From a virus (Duplodnaviria > Heunggongvirae > Uroviricota > Caudoviricetes), in the IMG/VR virus record IMGVR_UViG_3300001373_000069: a DNA stretch of 19,030 bases. The stretch is one strand, 5' to 3'. Under the pieces are notes generated by a model. That model saw only the letters and a program-made list of their open reading frames with translations. It searched no databases and was not told the origin of the DNA. The translations under genes were made by a program, and so were the position numbers. This document shows, piece by piece, positions 17,752 to 19,030 of the stretch (its first letter is position 1; the number at the start of each line of letters is the position of its first letter).

Positions 17752-19029
17752 TTATTTAGTCCATTTGGTTAATACTTTAGTATCTACACCAAGCAAACCT
17801 TTACCGAGAAATAATTCACCGGCCTCGATCATACACTTCTCCTGAAGAGCTACCAATGTTTCCTGATCATCTTTATGACAAGATGACAGTATTTCATCAT
17901 GAACTGGTAGGTGCAGCTTGGCTCTTAGCCCAGTACTTTTTATCTGTTTAGATAATTCGCAAAGTGCTATCTTTAAGATAGTTGCGTTCGTCTCCTGGAT
18001 TGGGTAGTTCTTCCCTTCTCTTCCGATAGCCTCACGTTCACCTTGATTCTCTGGCTCTGCAAAGAATCTTATTCTACCTGTAGGCATCAAACTCCTTACA
18101 AACATATTCTGCATAGCTGAATTACCAGTACTATCAAACAATATTCTGAGTTTAGGAAAAACCACAAAGAATTGATTAATAAGTGCTTTGGCTTCATCTT
18201 TAGGAATATCTAAGCGTTCGGCTAAGCCGTGGTATGTTAAACCGTAAGCAAGACCAAAACTAATTGCTTTAGATTTCTTTCTAAGCTTCAAATGCTCAGG
18301 GCATGTACATTGAGATCCATCAACCATCCAAGCACAATCAGGTTCAGCGGCACTAGTCCACTTATCACCAAAAATCAATGACGCAGACATGCAATGCAAA
18401 TCCCTTTTATCTCTTATAGCATCTAGGAAAGCTTCTTCTCCGGCAGCATATGACATAATCACAAGTTCAGCTGATGAGAAGTCAGAATCCACAAACACAT
18501 CATCTTCACCTGGAGGTAAGAAAGCATTCCTAAACCGTGGTTCTGATGGTATCTGCAACAAAATTCCAAAGGCTATTCTGCCGGTATTTAAAATTTGAGA
18601 GCAGTTATTAGGACATATCATACCATCTCGACGTACATACTTCTCTAGAAAGCTGGCTCCGTACGAAGTTACCCTCTTTTGAGCTGATACATACTTCTTG
18701 AAATGTGTAATGATTTCGTTCTTGGTGATTCGATTTAGGCTTTTCGAATTAGTATCAACTAAGTTAGGGTAGTAGAAAGTAAAGATAGCTAATTTGTGGG
18801 GATTGGAATTCCAATTTATCATAACAGTACCCTTAGGTACATATAGTCCGCATTCTATTAACCAATCTCTATGCTGAGACACAAGGATGTCATTTAACGA
18901 GTCGTAGTCTCTATCCATATAATAATTGATATAATCAATCTCATTCATGGTTAGGGTATCTTCGTTATCTTTAAACCACTTTTTAATCGTTGGTTTGGTA
19001 GTACAATCAGCAGGAAGACTAGGTACTAA
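17752..19029 (-). CDS. polA: Family A DNA polymerase, C-terminal polymerase domain (5' partial)
   Basis: Motif A DSDFSSAEL, motif B RKKSKAISFGLAYG (Phe at the E. coli 762 position), NYPIQ and motif C VHDEI. The frame stays open upstream of the track ATG (18948) to the window edge (LVPSLPADCTTKPTIKKWFKDNEDTLT-M). Confidence 0.95.
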   Translation of the reverse strand, partial: LVPSLPADCTTKPTIKKWFKDNEDTLTMNEIDYINYYMDRDYDSLNDILVSQHRDWLIECGLYVPKGTVMINWNSNPHKLAIFTFYYPNLVDTNSKSLNRITKNEIITHFKKYVSAQKRVTSYGASFLEKYVRRDGMICPNNCSQILNTGRIAFGILLQIPSEPRFRNAFLPPGEDDVFVDSDFSSAELVIMSYAAGEEAFLDAIRDKRDLHCMSASLIFGDKWTSAAEPDCAWMVDGSQCTCPEHLKLRKKSKAISFGLAYGLTYHGLAERLDIPKDEAKALINQFFVVFPKLRILFDSTGNSAMQNMFVRSLMPTGRIRFFAEPENQGEREAIGREGKNYPIQETNATILKIALCELSKQIKSTGLRAKLHLPVHDEILSSCHKDDQETLVALQEKCMIEAGELFLGKGLLGVDTKVLTKWTK

Positions 19030-19030
19030 T

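Noticed and set aside
18948-19030. PolA apparently starting at 18948 (split or miniature polymerase)
   Set aside because: The reading frame is open from the window edge through this ATG; the gene is simply cut by the window.

Overview
Most of the window (738-19030) is a dense, all-minus-strand replication and nucleotide-metabolism module of a Bacteroidota-infecting dsDNA phage, with gene content resembling crAss-like phages. In transcription order it carries: family A DNA polymerase (5' end runs off the window), a possible initiator-like protein, a DEDD exonuclease, a DnaB-like protein with degenerate catalytic motifs, a RecT/Redbeta-like annealing protein, two tandem paralogous unknowns, TOPRIM primase, a large metallophosphoesterase with an acidic linker, ATP-dependent ligase, a GroEL-like chaperonin (no GroES seen), a PD-(D/E)XK nuclease, class II (B12) ribonucleotide reductase, a lambda-PP-like phosphatase, dUTPase and dNMP kinase. 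Only 19 nt after the kinase stop, a gene missing from the ORF track begins at 718 and runs off the left edge. It encodes a signal-peptide-bearing CBM9-like/DUF5916-type protein typical of Bacteroidota cells, so the window may hold a phage-host junction, a captured host gene or a misassembly. The most unusual signals are: (i) a 12-residue N-terminal peptide MSNLFR(K/Q)YV(S/E)SK shared by the primase and an unrelated protein, encoded largely by different synonymous codons; (ii) a DnaB homolog lacking the Walker A Lys, catalytic Glu and Arg finger; (iii) the tandem paralog pair next to RecT; (iv) the abrupt phage/cell-gene junction. All family assignments come from motif recognition by eye; no searches were run.
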